Shown: positions 37,321 through 51,016, counted from the first letter of the stretch. The stretch is DNA of 64,000 bases from Dicyema japonicum (GCA_011109175.1 RDEW01000059.1:124001-188000); one strand, 5' to 3'. The notes: generated by a model not told the origin, from the sequence alone. Numbers and translations are program-made.

Positions 37321-38859
37321 TTCATAAATCTAAGGAAACCTATTCGTTCTTTAAAACCTATCATATTCATTTCCTCATCGTTTTTTTAACTGAAATTATT
37401 CTTTCAAAGTCAAGAGTAGAGATGTTTGATTCAGTTGTCCAACCAGGAAATTATTTAAATCATAATAAATTTGAATTAATTAACACCAATTAAGATCCCA
37501 GAAAAAGAACCAATTAAGTTAGTAAAATGTTAGTGTTAAATTAGGCAATTGCCGAGGACATTGAACTTGTCCACAATGGCACTGCAGTCTGAAATAACAT
37601 TATTAATTACATGTTTCACTAATCTCCTCGCTGTTTTCAATAACGAACTCACTTTGTATCATAGTCAAGCTATTATTTATGAGATTTATATCTTTATAAG
37701 GTAGACGTTTATGTCTATGATAAATATAATATCATACGCCTCTGCCTTATCGAATGAATCAATGCAAACGATACGACTATATTATTATTATTAAAAATAC
37801 TTTTCTATTTGAACTCTACTGGAACTAATTCTAAATGCTTGAAAAACTTGTATTTTTTCTGGAAAAGAACTACATAAATTAAAAAATGTACAGGCGCCGA
37901 AGTGATGTTAAATGCCCAGCAAAATCGATTGCCATGTATACAAGGGAATTGCATTCACTCAAATACCTATTAATTTAATAATATATATAACAATTTCTCA
38001 ATGGTAGATGGAAAAGTATGTTTGTCTACATATTTTAAACTTTCATCAAACCAACATCCACTATAATAAGTAATATTTAATACAAAGTAGTCACATTCAG
38101 TTCGATAATAGAAAAATTGCCATGTTCAGATATAACGTTATGCATTTTTAATTTTTTAATAGGAAAACTATATTTTAGGCCAGTATTTTTACAATTTCTC
38201 CAAAATCTTAATAATTAATATTTAATACACATTATACGACACATCTAATTCTTCTTCTCGACAATTTTTTTGTGTCAAAATGCAGAATGGAAAGAATAAG
38301 AAGATGAAATTGAACATCTATAAGATTAGATACCAAAATGATGAATATACTAGTGACCACAAGAAATTAAAATTATTACATACATTACAGTCGTTATAAT
38401 TAATAATAATTTTATTAAATAAACTATTTGATAATTAAATAAAATTAAAAAATAATTTAATAAAATTCACTCAATGTACAGGGTTTTCTGATTTGTGTAA
38501 TTACTTTACCATGAAGTTTGATAACTTTTCCAAAATGTCTAATTTCTTTGCCAAAATGTTAAAAAAATTGTGTCATAAAGTTTAATAACTTTTGAATAAT
38601 GTTAATTACAAAATGCATAAAAATCATTTTTAAATAAATTCTGAGGAAAGACTATAAATGTTGCTATACAAGGACAGTTTAAGGATTATGTGGGTTCTAT
38701 TTTCAAACACAGAATTCGAAATCTGTGTTATCTCAGAGCCCATTGCAACTTTAAAACGCACATCGGCACTCATAAGCTTATTCATTATAATGAATTCTCT
38801 TGTTGTTTATTTGGAAGCTATTCTTCGTTATCCAAGAGCTAAAAATTGTCCTATTTCTA

Positions 38860-39260
38860 TCTAGGAATTAAGATATGCGGATGACCTGATTTTGTTTTTA
38901 AAGAATCAATGATATCAGACTGTTCTTAAACATGGTCCTGTTGGGAGAGTTGTCCATAAAATGAACGAATAAAAAAACTAAGGACTCTACTACGTATACA
39001 CTATCCAATCGTGATAAAAAACGAATCTTATGCACAGCTTGTTAGTCGAAGCATCTGAATAAAATTATTACAAAAACATCGATCTAAAACATGCTAAAAT
39101 ATCATTAGTCTCCGAAAATGATGAAAAAAGTCTCCGAAAATCGTAATCTTGTAAGAACGTGGAGATGTCTAACAGACCGGATTATCTGGGGGTGGTTCTT
39201 GGACGATTGACTCATTGGAGAAAGTACTGAGAATGTCTGTTAAAAGAAACTACGATTTCC
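38860..39260 (+). mobile_element. RT remnant
   Basis: LRYADDLILF and YLGVVL. Confidence 0.55.
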
Positions 39261-40519
39261 TCTACCTTAAAATTAGGTCATATTTCTATTTGACAGTAAA
39301 ATTAGGTCAACCGTTGAAGTGATTATATATGTTTGATGACAATAGATGCATTGGTGTATACTTTTATTCGGAACCAAATGTGGATGCCATTAGTGGATAC
39401 TGTCCTTACTCTTATTCTTTGTAACTATCAGGAGCCGTGGAGGTATCGATATAGTCTTTAATTATCCGGATGATGAACTAACTGTCTATTTTTGAAAAAG
39501 AAAGAGTTTCCTGAAAGCAATGTGAATGGAAGAAGAATTGTCTCAAACGACTATCAGTTATTAAACGAATGCTTGGTTGAGTTTTTATCCATGTGATATA
39601 AATGGTAATTTTCTGACGATGAAAATGAGAATAGCACCCTCCTTCGTTCTTGACCTTAAAGTTTGTGATAAACACAAATTCTGTGTGGACATTGGATTGG
39701 TCTATGGATTATCATCCCTTGTCACGTAAGTTGATTTATGGGTATTTCCCGACATGTGGTCTAAACCTGACTTAAAAAATGCACTTTCCTCTGCTAGCCC
39801 CACTAGTTTCTCCCTTATTGATGGAAACGCTCCGATGGGAGAACGATATTCCCATTTACTAATGATCGAAATATGGATTGGACGCAACATGTGTTAAAAA
39901 TACTCTCTAAAAAATTTGTATGCTTCAACCTACGATGCTTTTATGAATCCGAGGATGATTAGGGTCACAAGGATCTCTTAGGACTGATGATTCGAGATCG
40001 TATCTTGTAAGATAAACTAGTCTGGCCATTTAAATCGTTCTATATAAAAATTAATTTCACTTATCTAAGTTATGATTGCGTAATCGACAATTAAAAATAG
40101 CTGTGATCATACTGCAGGAGAATCCTTCATCTCGTTAACTTGACGCTTTTGAATGTTTCTGAATCTTCTTTTTCCAGCGAACCTATGTGCGCTAAGAAAA
40201 TACTGTCGAATTGGGATTATTCTATAAATTGTTTTTTTTCGTCGACTTTTTTGGGAAAATTGCTTTCGACTTGATATCGAAAACATTTCACTGATTTGTC
40301 TCCTTCACATTTGACAGTTTTGGTCAAAAGAGGCTGTGAACCTGGGATCCATGCAAAAATAGAATTTGTTGATCTGTGTCGTTTGATTTCGATATTATTA
40401 TTATTAATAGCACTTTCCGCGGAACCAGAAAAGTTGTAAATTTAAGATGCCACTATAGCCATTCGATTTCGATAATGAGGACAGTTTTTTTTATTTCCCT
40501 TAATTCGTTCAGAAATAAT

Positions 40520-41225
40520 AAGTGATTGAGAGAAATGTGGGAGTCCAAAGCCTTTAGATTGTGCGTGAGCAGCTGTACGGATTCACTCTTCTCCTCCAGG
40601 ACAGTTGACATGTCATACAGAGGAGATCCGAGGAAAATCGCCTTTTCTAATCGGGTGACTTTGATGTTTTGGAGGCAAGTAGAAATGGTCGTTATTGCGC
40701 GTTCAAAGGTGTTCTCTCCACAGGTCACGTTAATAACTTCGCATTTCTATGGATTCGGCTCCAGTCCGAGTGCCGCGAGGGCAGGGATGACGCGTTTAAC
40801 CTCTTCCACAACAATTTCCCAACTCCCCCCAATGGTCGCGTCATCAAGGTACCATAAGTTCAAGGGAGTTTTGATCGCAGATGATACACAGTCGATACCC
40901 AAAGCAAAGAGTAGAGGGCCAAGTTGGTCTCCTTGTTGGACTCCAGTCTGGACTTGATAGCGTGTTGTCCGAAGATCAGCGTACACGGGGAACCATATGA
41001 GAGTCTGACCATCCTGCTGATCTCAGGAATCCTAGAGACACTATCTTCTATGATTCTATCCCTTCGGATGCTATTGAATGCATTACGTATGTCCAGTTTG
41101 ACTATAATTGAATCCTGCGGGTCAGGAGGGATGGCAACAAAATTCCGGATTGAATGTATTAATGCTTCACATCCATTAGGTACTCCAACTCCGAGTTGGA
41201 CAGGACTAAGTTCGGCATTATTTTA
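40520..41225 (-). mobile_element. CRE-like RT fragment
   Basis: QLGVGVP.GCEA, KLDIRNAFNS, GVQQGDQLGPLLF, WYLDD, FLGSPL. Confidence 0.9.
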
Positions 41226-41251
41226 ACTTAATAATGTTTAAGATTCCAAGC

Positions 41252-41400
41252 GATTATTTATTTATTTATTTAATAACCCCGAAAAGGGAACACCAAGAAA
41301 GAAGGAGTAATCCAACTAATTAAGTGATCCCGGTACGCCTCAACAGCTCGGTACGCCTTCCAAGCGATTCCTTCTAGGGTTTCTTCCACAGTTCTATTTC
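41252..41400 (-). mobile_element. Ingi/Vingi-like LINE 3' UTR fragment
   Basis: Nearly identical to 47227-47300; (TAAA)n tail. Confidence 0.8.
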
Positions 41401-41419
41401 TTTCTGCTCGATCAATACA

Positions 41420-43140
41420 TATTTTGCACAGTCTAATTTGGCGTTCAATACTTTTTTTATTTTTTCGTATTACTGTTTTATTCCGACTAAATTTTTATTT
41501 ATTAAAGTGTTAGTTAGTATTTCCTTTTTTGGAATAGCTCAATAACCTTCCAAACTGATGGATGACGATAACCACCAATATTATTGAACTTTTTATTCCA
41601 CGATTCGCTGAAATTATTTGTTCTGGATTTATTCGTTACTGTTGCATCATGTACATTCCATACAGATGGTTGAAAAATAGGAGGATTGTGCAGAATACTG
41701 ACAATTATTGAATTGTCGTTTTCTGAAACAGTTCGATGTGTACCACGAACATAAGAACGGTCAAAATAATCAAAAAACAATCTTGCTTCTGGAAATGTAT
41801 GTTGTAAAATACCATAAAGAAATTTGATTCCATATTCTTAATCTTCAACAGGCATAGAGCAGAACAAACGAAATTGTTCATTTTCTTGAAATCGTACAGA
41901 AAGGTTATATTTTTGGATTTTGCGCCACGTAGATTGCCTTAAATGATAAAAGCAGCCTTTTACGATTATATTTCTACCAAAAACTTCCAAAACTGCACGA
42001 AATACAGAATCTTCAAAATCCATATATATTTAACGTTTAAATAGATGTTCAGTTCATTAATTTTGTCCAATATTACATTAAATAGTTTTTCATACACAAT
42101 TTGTTTTTTTGAAGGTAAAAGTGCATATTACAGTATCATGCAATGGAATTCTAATAGTATATATTTGTTTAAAAATAGTTGGTGACATTGAAAATGTTCC
42201 GTCCATATGTCCGACATAGCCACAAGTTTCAAATTCTTTACAGTTCCAAAAATTAATATACGGTTGACTCGATTTGAACCATCAGCATATAACAAAATGG
42301 TTCAGTATTGGAGTTTAGCATATATTTGAAATTTTATGGAAGGTCTCCAAAGTCAATAATTGTTCTGGGTACAAGGAAAGACGGGCGTTGATTGTTCTTT
42401 TAAAGACATAATTATTTAAGTTTGGATCGCATTGTGCTAAATATTCAGAGAAAAATGTGGGATGGTGTTTCATTGTAGTGATATGTCCAAAGTTTAATTC
42501 ATTTGTCAATTTGCTCAATCTGATTTTATGAAAGTCAAAAATGATTATGAGGTTGACTTTCAGTAGCATTTTGAAACTCAAAATATGTATTAAACTTCCT
42601 CTGCACCCTTCAAAATTTTTTAAAATACATTTCCAGTATATTTTCTTTTTAGTTCCGGAATTTTTTAGTGTATCCATTGAAACAAATTTTGCTCCACGTT
42701 TATTCGATCTTGTAAGTTCCATAAAAAATTAAATATTCAACGTAAAATTAGTTTTAATTTTTAAGCACGCTAACGCAACTAGCAGCAGGTAAAATTTTTA
42801 AATTCAAAGTAGAATCAATTTTATCAAGGTTGTGTTTTGAGTGATTTTAATTTTGGAATTAAATAAAATTTACTTTTTTTTCCAAAAATATAAACATGGC
42901 TTAAAATTTTTGACTTTTTTCATTTTTCGTAAAATTAGAAGAAATAGGAAAAACTGAAAAAAAGTCAAATGCAAATTTTTTTTTAAAATTATTTTGTAAA
43001 CAAATAAACTCTTTAAAATCTTATTCTAATTGAAATAACCAAGAAATAATTTGACTTTTTTCCATTGGATTTTTTTTCCAAATTAAAATTTAATTTTTTT
43101 CAGTTTGACTTTTTTTCCTTTTGACTTTTTTTACTACTTG
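41420..43140 (-). mobile_element. MULE (Mutator-like) DNA transposon, frameshifted
   Basis: YWKC..GC (FLYWCH-like), MDGTF, MDFE, GCFYHLRQSTWRKIQ, RTNNFSESWN; repeated TTGACTTTTT subterminal motif at 42910-43131. Confidence 0.88.
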
Positions 43141-43149
43141 GACCTAGTA

Positions 43150-44025
43150 CAATTCACCATATACCTTGAATCTGTACTCCTCGATATCCGTAAATGCTAT
43201 ATGGGAGACATAGAAGAGACATCTTATGCGGATGATGTGGATTTCGTATCACGGAACGCGACCGCCACACCTACTAGAAAATGCACCTGCGGAGCTTGAG
43301 AAATGGTTTCTCAGCGTAAATGTAAACAAAACTGAAATTACTGAAATCATAAGAGAAGACGATATTACTCATGAAAGATGGAGATGTACTAATAAGTTCG
43401 GCTCTCTACTAGGAGACGCAGAAGATGTACTAAGGAGGAAAACACTGGCAAATGCGATAATGGCTATACTGAGGAAAGGATGGCTAAGAGCCAGAGGACT
43501 TGGAATTGACATCAGATGTAGGCTTTACAACACCTTTGTGAAACCGATCCTACTGTACAACACTGGGACCTGGGGAAGTACTTTCAACGAACTATTGAAA
43601 CTGGATTCATTCTATAGAAGGCAACTAAGAAGCTTATTCGGAATGGAGTGGCCACGTAGAATTTCAACCACTGGTATTTATAACAAGTGTATGTGTTTGT
43701 ACATTAGCAAGGATGTGATAGATGCCCGGTGGAGGCTATTTGGGCATGTACTAAGAATGAATTCGGACGCAGCCGCTAACAAAGCGATGGAAGATTACTT
43801 TGAATGTTGCGATAAACTCTTCCGTGGACGACCTAGATCAACACTTCTGACTGCCTTAAATAAAGATCTAAATCGAGTGAGAAAAAATCTAAAGACAGGG
43901 GACGACCTGGACGAATTGAAATCACTAGTATTCGACAGAGGAAGATGAAATAGATTAACTATAAATATTGTTTCTATGAGTGTTGCACATGCGGGGTTAT
44001 AAACATTATGGCTTTCGTGAATTAT
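43150..44025 (+). mobile_element. RTE-clade LINE, 5'-truncated
   Basis: YADD, GSLLGD, LLYNTGTW, RWRLFGHVLR, RGRPR; 3' stem-loop at 43987-44020. Confidence 0.92.
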
Positions 44026-44051
44026 TAGCAATGTCCGCAGAACCAACAGAG

Positions 44052-44870
44052 TTAACTAATTTGAGATACCACTTTTGCTATACATCTTTGGATACGCGCT
44101 GAAAGTCGTTTCCATCCTCCCCCGTTACTCGCAACCGCCCTCAGATCATCCAGATCCTCTCCTCCTGTTTTCAGTTTTCTTCCTATGCAAGTGAGTTCTT
44201 TGTCGAGCGTCGAGGCAACGTTGTTTTGTTTAATACAGAAAAGTATGATTCCATCGCCTGATGCCATTTCCGAAGCTCTTAGGATATGTCCAAAAAGCTG
44301 CCATTTCGCCGAAGTAACTTTATTCCCAATCTTTGTTGTTTAAGTAATTCTATATAGATCGTTGATGGTCATCCGTTTTGGCAGTAGATTCCCAGAAATC
44401 GTAGTTCTCTTCTGTAGAAAGAGTTGAGGTTCTCCAGTTCTTTGGTAGTTATACTCCAGGTCCCCGCGTTATAAAGTAGAATTGGTTGGATAAAGAAGTT
44501 GTAAAACCGAATTCAAAGGCGAGTGTCTATGTATTTTCGTAGCATCCAGATCACCCACAATTTTTTTGAAAGAAGCAACCGCCCGAACTTTCCTGTGAAT
44601 AACGTCCTTTGAGTCCCCGAGGAGAGATCCAACTTTCTTGCATGTTCTCCACTTTTCTTCGTTTCTCGTCGTGCAACGGGATATGCTAGTTCTTTCCGTT
44701 TTGTCTGGGTTTACTACCAGGGACCAGTCCTCCAACTATTGAGGGATCACTTTTAGTATAGTTCCCAGTGTATCCCTATCCCGGCAGAAGAAATCAACAT
44801 CATCGGCGTAGATTACTTCTATCATGTTAGTGAAACAATTCTTTTCCCGGAGAGGGCTTAAAGCTGCTAT
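44052..44870 (-). mobile_element. RTE-clade LINE 3' fragment (tail-to-tail with the previous element)
   Basis: VIYADDVDF, KKVGSLLGD, WQLFGHILR. Confidence 0.88.
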
Positions 44871-45519
44871 CCATGTATTAAAAATATGGATTATTTATTA
44901 CGTCCCTGTCACAACTCGGGACATTTTTATAAATCCTCCCTAAGGGGACTATACTGTTCTCCTCTTTCCTAAAATTCGCCTCATGATATTTCAAAGTAAA
45001 AAATATTTATGACTTTCTTGAAAAGATTTTGTCAGTCCTGGGACATGAGAGATCTATGGAACGCCCACCAATTGCGGCTGGGTGATTTTAGGCCACTGGC
45101 CTTCTATTTATTAGTGAAACTGGTGTAACCAATTAATTACTGGTAAACAAATTACTCATAAAAAGATTAAAATATGAATTATTGTTTGTTACGCGCATAT
45201 TCACAACGTTTGTTGATTTATCTTGATTGTATCTATAGAAAGTGAAAGAGTAGGGATTATACATAGCAACTTTTTTATAACCCAAAATCACTGACAGTTA
45301 ATTAAAGGAACTAATTAATTAGGTGATTCCGACAACTCTGAAGAAGCTCCTTAACTTTTGTTGGACTTTTGATCCAGCACGAATAGGGCATGAGGCAGTG
45401 TTTCCCATATATTTCTTCGGCTTGGTGTATTTTCTATTTTTGCTTGTAAGGGTGGAATGGTCTTTCTGTGGTAGGCACTTCAGTTTCGTGATTTCCTGTC
45501 ATTGAGGGTAACTAATTGT

Positions 45520-46245
45520 TCTAGTTGAGAGAGGACCTGAAACCCCCTCTCAGTACTTTTTGGCTAGAGATGATATTTTGCATTTAGGTCTCCGCAGATT
45601 ATCACATTTTCAATCTTTTGCAATTCGGTTAGTTTTTGGGAGTAATGTTTCATACTGGGACATGGTGGCGGGATGTAAATATTTACAAATGTATACCTTG
45701 TGTGGTTTATTTTCACCAAGACGGAAGTAAGTTCGATGTGATTATCATCTTCAAACAGATATGTGTCTGAGCGGAAGTATCGGAGAATGTAATAGATTTG
45801 TGTATGAGTATGAGAACACCGCCTCCTCTGTTTGAATTCGGTCGATCACGGCGGAGAATTGAGTAGTCTTTGTAGTGTGGAATCGCTGACTTTCTTGATA
45901 GTTTCGTTTCCTGTAGCATGGCAATATCAAATTTTTGGTAAGCTAGAAATGCAAAAAGTTTATTTTATTTGTGTGTGAGGCCGTTTATGTTGAATTGTAT
46001 GATATTAAGAAATTTCCCGTTCTTATGGGGCCCGGGGTTCTGTTTGATGTCCCCAGCTAGGATTAGGAGTAGCCAATACGATCTTTGGAGCGAAAGCTAC
46101 GCGCCCGCTCAATAGCTGCCATTATTCAGTCCGACTTCCCAGAGGTCGTTGAAAAAGTTGACAGGAGAATAGTTGTGGTTTTTTAGTTGCCAGTTTGATA
46201 CTAGTATCCAATTTTCTCCACGTGAAGGTGAACCACATGAAAATT
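45520..46245 (-). mobile_element. Ingi/Vingi-like LINE 5' part: HDV-like motif, degenerate 2A, APE
   Basis: LLLILAGDIKQNPGP, IIQFNINGL, LQETKL, RRDR..GGGVLILI, NIYIPP, CGDLNAK. Confidence 0.88.
46174..46245 (-). ncRNA. HDV-like ribozyme candidate at the element 5' end
   Basis: P1 AATTTTC/GAAAATT; P2 TGTGGTT/AACCACA; P3 (A)CC/GG(A); L3 TTCACGT; GG after P1; short P4; J4/2 CTAA. Confidence 0.65.
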
Positions 46246-46619
46246 TACCTCACGCTGGCGACTTTTCGGACGTGTTCTGAGAATGGACGAAGTGATTCCT
46301 GGAAGATTACTATTCAAATCACGGAATTGAATTTCGAGCTCGGCCTAGATGTACGCTTCCACTCTGCCTGAATAACGATTACCCACGAATTGGCTTTCAA
46401 CTCAAAACTAGATACGATCTTGAGGATATTCGTAAACGCGAGAGGAACAGAGTTATATGGAGAGGGCTGACTGGGAGGATAGTCGAGTGTACGGCACGAG
46501 CGAAAACCTAGGCATTTTACGTGCTTATGGCAACGCGGAATACTATTACTAACTAACCATCTCACTGCCTCCTCAAATTTTCCGCTGTAATGCCTGCAGC
46601 GTAGAGCACATAATGGGAG

Positions 46620-47200
46620 TTACCTTTCATAATCGAGAGCCCAATGTTCTGGAAAAGCCATCTCATCATTCTAGGTTCACCCTTCCGCTTCCCTACAAGT
46701 TGTCCGATTAACCTGACGTGTTAGGGTCAATAACTACAGGCATCTCAACGGATATCGGCTAAAAAACGAACTGGCCCACGGTGCTGTGGTACTTCCTCCT
46801 TTTCATATATTCAGCAGTGCTCGTTGCGTAACCCGCTCGCAACGATGACTTAAACAAATTCCCAATTAGAAAAAGTATGCTTACACGTTGAATCACAAGG
46901 CAAGACACCTCCCTTGGCTTCATGGCATTGTTGTTACGCCAACCGGCCTATTGCCACCATTCCTGTCAAGACCGACGGGTTCCAGAAAGCAACACGGCGT
47001 CTTCGATAGCTCTCATAACAGTTGTGTTTAACATGGTGTGACGACGAAATCTCCCGGAGCTCCGTCTGCGTGACAAGGGGTATAGTCTTTTTTCTGTAAA
47101 CAACTCACCACATCGACATCGTTGTTCCAACCAGACTTCAAAGTCTAGCAGAAGAGCAACGCAGATTATATTCCCGTCAAACAGAATATCAGAGAACAAA
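46620..47200 (-). mobile_element. CRE-like RLE 3' remnant
   Basis: RCRCG..SSGRFRRH, RPxGVT.MP, LALxST; similar to 26157-26582. Confidence 0.8.
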
Positions 47201-47221
47201 AACTCAAGGTAGGTTAGGACA

Positions 47222-49175
47222 TTATTTAATAACCCCGAAAAGGAACACCAATAAAGAAGGAGTAATTCAACTAATTAAGTGATCCGGTACGCCTCAAACA
47301 GGATCGTTTTTCCTGTGTTCCTCCAGAGTACCCACGGCTTTCCTGAATAAACGACGATCATCTTTCATTAGGGTTTGAAGAGGAGTGGGGTTTTTCCCCA
47401 AATTTCGTGTATTTGAAGCCTTCAGCCTTGAATGGAAGAAACGACTTGTTTCTTGGCCACACAGACAGATGAAGCCGGAGCCATTATTTTTGATTGCGGC
47501 GTGGTCAAGCATTGGAGGGAAAAGATCGGGGGGTAGATTCGTTTGACGTGCTTGTTTTCCAATTAGGGTATTGATCTTGAGTGAATTTGATATCGAAGCT
47601 CCATAGGCCCATGAGGCACAGGCGTACTCAATCGTCGGTTTTAGGAGTTGATTAAACACGACGAGGGCGCATTCCTGTGAAGGTTTGGACTTCAAGAGCG
47701 GTTTGATAATATTAAGTTTCCTGAGACCCTTTGTCATAACGTTCTTCACATGTTGAGAAAATGACATCAAAGGGTCAAATGTCACTCCCAGGATAGTTGG
47801 ACGAGTCTGTAGTGGTAAGGAGTCTCCAAAAATGTTCAAATCAAGTGTATGTTTTTCTTTTCTGTCCGTGGTGAAGATTGTATATGTTGATTTGTCCCTG
47901 GATACGGAGAGACGATTCAACTTCAACCAGGCTCCCAGGTAGTCAATATGTGACTGAAGCTCTGATTTTGCTGTACCCACGTATTTGTTCCTGCTAGCGA
48001 TGATTAGGTCGTCAGCATAAGTGAGAAGCATTGAATCTGGTCCTCCAGGGCAGGGTAAATCGTTGAGGAACAAGTTGAATAATGCCGGAGAGAGGGGCGA
48101 TCCTTGAGGGACGCCATTTGGTAGGAGACGGGACCTCGATCTTGCGTGGCCTATACAGACACGTCCTCTTCTTCCGGAGAGAAAATTAGCTATCCATCTT
48201 TTCAAATCCGTCTGAATGGTGGTGTCAAAAACCTTCTTCGTGAGTAATATTCTCGAGACAGAATCGAACGCCTTCTGGATATCCAAGGAAACCATTATTG
48301 TCCGTAGATGGCGTTTCGGTACGTTGAACCCTTCTGATATAAATTGAGACAGTGAAGTCAAATGTGTTATAGTTGAACGCTCACATATGAAACCATGTTG
48401 AAAGTGGCAGTCGGGCAAATGGGGTTTAATTTTCCAGAGTACGAGTTTCTCCATTAGGCGCGATAATGCGCACGTTAATGAAATTGGACGGTAGAAAGAA
48501 GGTGAGGTTTTCGGTTTTCCTGGTTTAAGGATCGGTATTATAAGTGAGTTTTTCCATTTGCATTGGATGACGTTTATGTTAGAAGACAAATTAAAAATTG
48601 ACGTAATTGAATTGATTGCAGCATTACCAAAGTGTTTTAACAAAATTCCCGGATGCCGTCAGGTCCACACGTAAAAGATCTCTTCATCGATCTTATAGCC
48701 TGTGTGACCTCGGCATGCGTAAATAGATTGATCCATGAAGTAGGTTTAGACACTAAATTCCAAAAGTGACAAGAATGGGATTTCGAGAAGTCCTTGTGAC
48801 TTATGGATGCGTAATATTTCATTAGGTTGTTAGCTTGCACAGTATTTGGAGCAGAAAAAGATTCTGATACATCTGATAAGTTTAGCTTGATTCGACGAAT
48901 AGTTTTCCATAAAAGACTCGTGGATTTCATATGTCCAATAGATGATAATAGGCGCTTCCACGCCCTATTTTTCTTTTCTCTGATGAGTTTTGTAATTCTC
49001 TGATTTAAACATTTTATATTTTCCAAATCAGAAGAGGTTTGCAGATGATTCATCTTCAGGGAGTTTCTTTGTTTGACGAGGAGACGAGTCTCCGAGTCCA
49101 GAGTAGGCTTGTAGGATTTGTAAACTGCACGTTGGACAAACAACTTTTCAGCTCGAAGGATTACATGTTCCACAG
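47222..49175 (-). mobile_element. Ingi/Vingi-like LINE, 5'-truncated, with 449-aa RT ORF
   Basis: GPDGI, IPILKPGK, YRPISL, QHGF, LDIQKAFD, GVPQGSPLSP, YADD, ILGVTFD; no RNase H motifs. Confidence 0.93.
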
Positions 49176-49301
49176 CTTACTTTTACATCTACGACATCTA
49201 CACATCACACATCTACATTTTGACATCTACGACAGACTTTTAAATCATAATTTTATTGACTTTTCGCTCTCAGACAATATATAAAGCATATTCACTTATT
49301 T

Positions 49302-50322
49302 ATGATAAAAAGTGAGTAATTCTTACTCATTTCGTAGTTTCCGTTATTTATAGAACAGGGAATTACAAGGACATTTCATTAATATCGAATGATCAGATTT
49401 GTGACCCCGTATTTGTATTTCTTACTTCTCTTTCGTCACGTGTCACCAGAAATGATATCACTGATCTCTTTTGCAAGGAGAATGGATTCCAGAGGGTAGA
49501 AATTCGACCACCACGATTTAAGGATGATTGGAAGGTCAACGTCTTCCTTCAGTTTGAGCCTGGATTTTCTGTCTCTAAGCTCATCTGTCGAATAAATGAC
49601 GGGGATTTTAGTATCAAGGACAACACAAAGATCAGGGCTTTCAGATCAGTATCCACCACGGATTCCGTGATTATTGTTGATGGACCCAAGTGGGATAGAA
49701 GAGTGGTGTTAAACGATATTATGCGTGCTATTGAAATTGCCACTCATTATGAGAGTATTTTTGAGGATGTAATGATATCCTCAAATCAATACTCTTTGAT
49801 GAGTCGGATATGTCAAATTTGGAAGTAAAAGATCTGTGAAGGTGACGTGTTTGTGTATTATTAGATATTGGATAAAATATTGTTATATTTAAGAATAGTC
49901 CACTCATATGGCTATTATGGGGAAGTTAAATACACACAGGAATTTTCCTTTTCCCAACCATTGTCAGTAATACACGTGCTGAGACTTTCGTGCAAGTATG
50001 CTGTTTATTCTGATGATTTGATAAGTAATTGTGTGCTTAATGTAAGACGACTGGATGGATAGAATGAACAGAAGGAAATTGTGTAGCAGAGTGAGTGACG
50101 AGGAGGGAGCTAGACTAGGATTGATGGTTGAGGAAGGTTATGTCCGATATTGTAGGGAAATTGATAAATTTTATAGTTGAGGATTGTCAAAAGGTTGAAG
50201 AAGGAAAGAGTGATGAACTCTCTAAGATTCAAGACTTTGTGTATAAGAACATAAAAAGGAAGTATGGGAGTAATATTGAGACATTGTGCGATTATGTTAG
50301 TGGTGGTGTTATTTTAGATTAA
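49302..50322 (+). pseudogene. SRRT: Ars2/SERRATE (SRRT)-like gene; divergent, disrupted, probably 5'-truncated
   Basis: RRM-like VFLTSLSSRVTRNDI..GFQRV, VLNDI, LDKILLYLRIVHS..YY, IHV, VSDEEGARLG, DFVYKNIKRKY. Intron at 49312-49337; frameshifts and stops in the 3' part. Confidence 0.72.
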
Positions 50323-50559
50323 ATACTTTAATAATTTTGTGTTTTGGCGGCTATCAACGCAGATTGATAGAAGCGATCTAAGAGTGATTAAACTAGACCC
50401 CTTGTTCCGGATTGCCACGTGGTCCAGTAATGGGGGGAATAGTTGGGCAGAGAAATTAGTTAAGCGACTATTTTTACTCTTAAAGAATTAAAGATGTAGA
50501 GGTTCGAAAATGAAATTCCATGAGCTCAGGAGACTCAGCCATACTTCAACGTCTGCTTT

Positions 50560-50935
50560 AAGACGACATTATTGTGACGCCTGGATCCTGGAGTTTAGAA
50601 ATGATCTAATAATGCCGAGTTTCCGGAGATCCTTTGCCAAAACGTCCTTCACATGTTAGGGAAAAGAAAACAGGGGGTCCAAGGTCACCCCTAATATTCT
50701 TGGATGTCTCTGCATAGGAATAATATTTCCATAAAGACTGTTTTTTAGAGTTTCCCTTTACTCCATCGATGTAGAAGTGGTATATGAAGATTTTCCGTGG
50801 ATATGGAAAGTCGGTTCGAAGGCAGCCAAGCTTTAGGTCGTTCATGTGTGACTAAAGTTCTGATTTTGTATCTGTTTCTGCTTGCAATAGTTAAATCGTC
50901 AGCATATGTTAGAAATATCGAATCAACCTTTGGAT
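50560..50935 (-). mobile_element. Ingi/Vingi-like RT remnant
   Basis: FLTYADDLTI and GDLGP/VTLDP motifs. Confidence 0.65.
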
Positions 50936-51016
50936 CAGAGGATTAGGGATTATAAATTCTTTTAAATCAAAATATAAAACAACGTGGCGGTCTTGTGGTG
51001 AGTAATTGTATCATCA

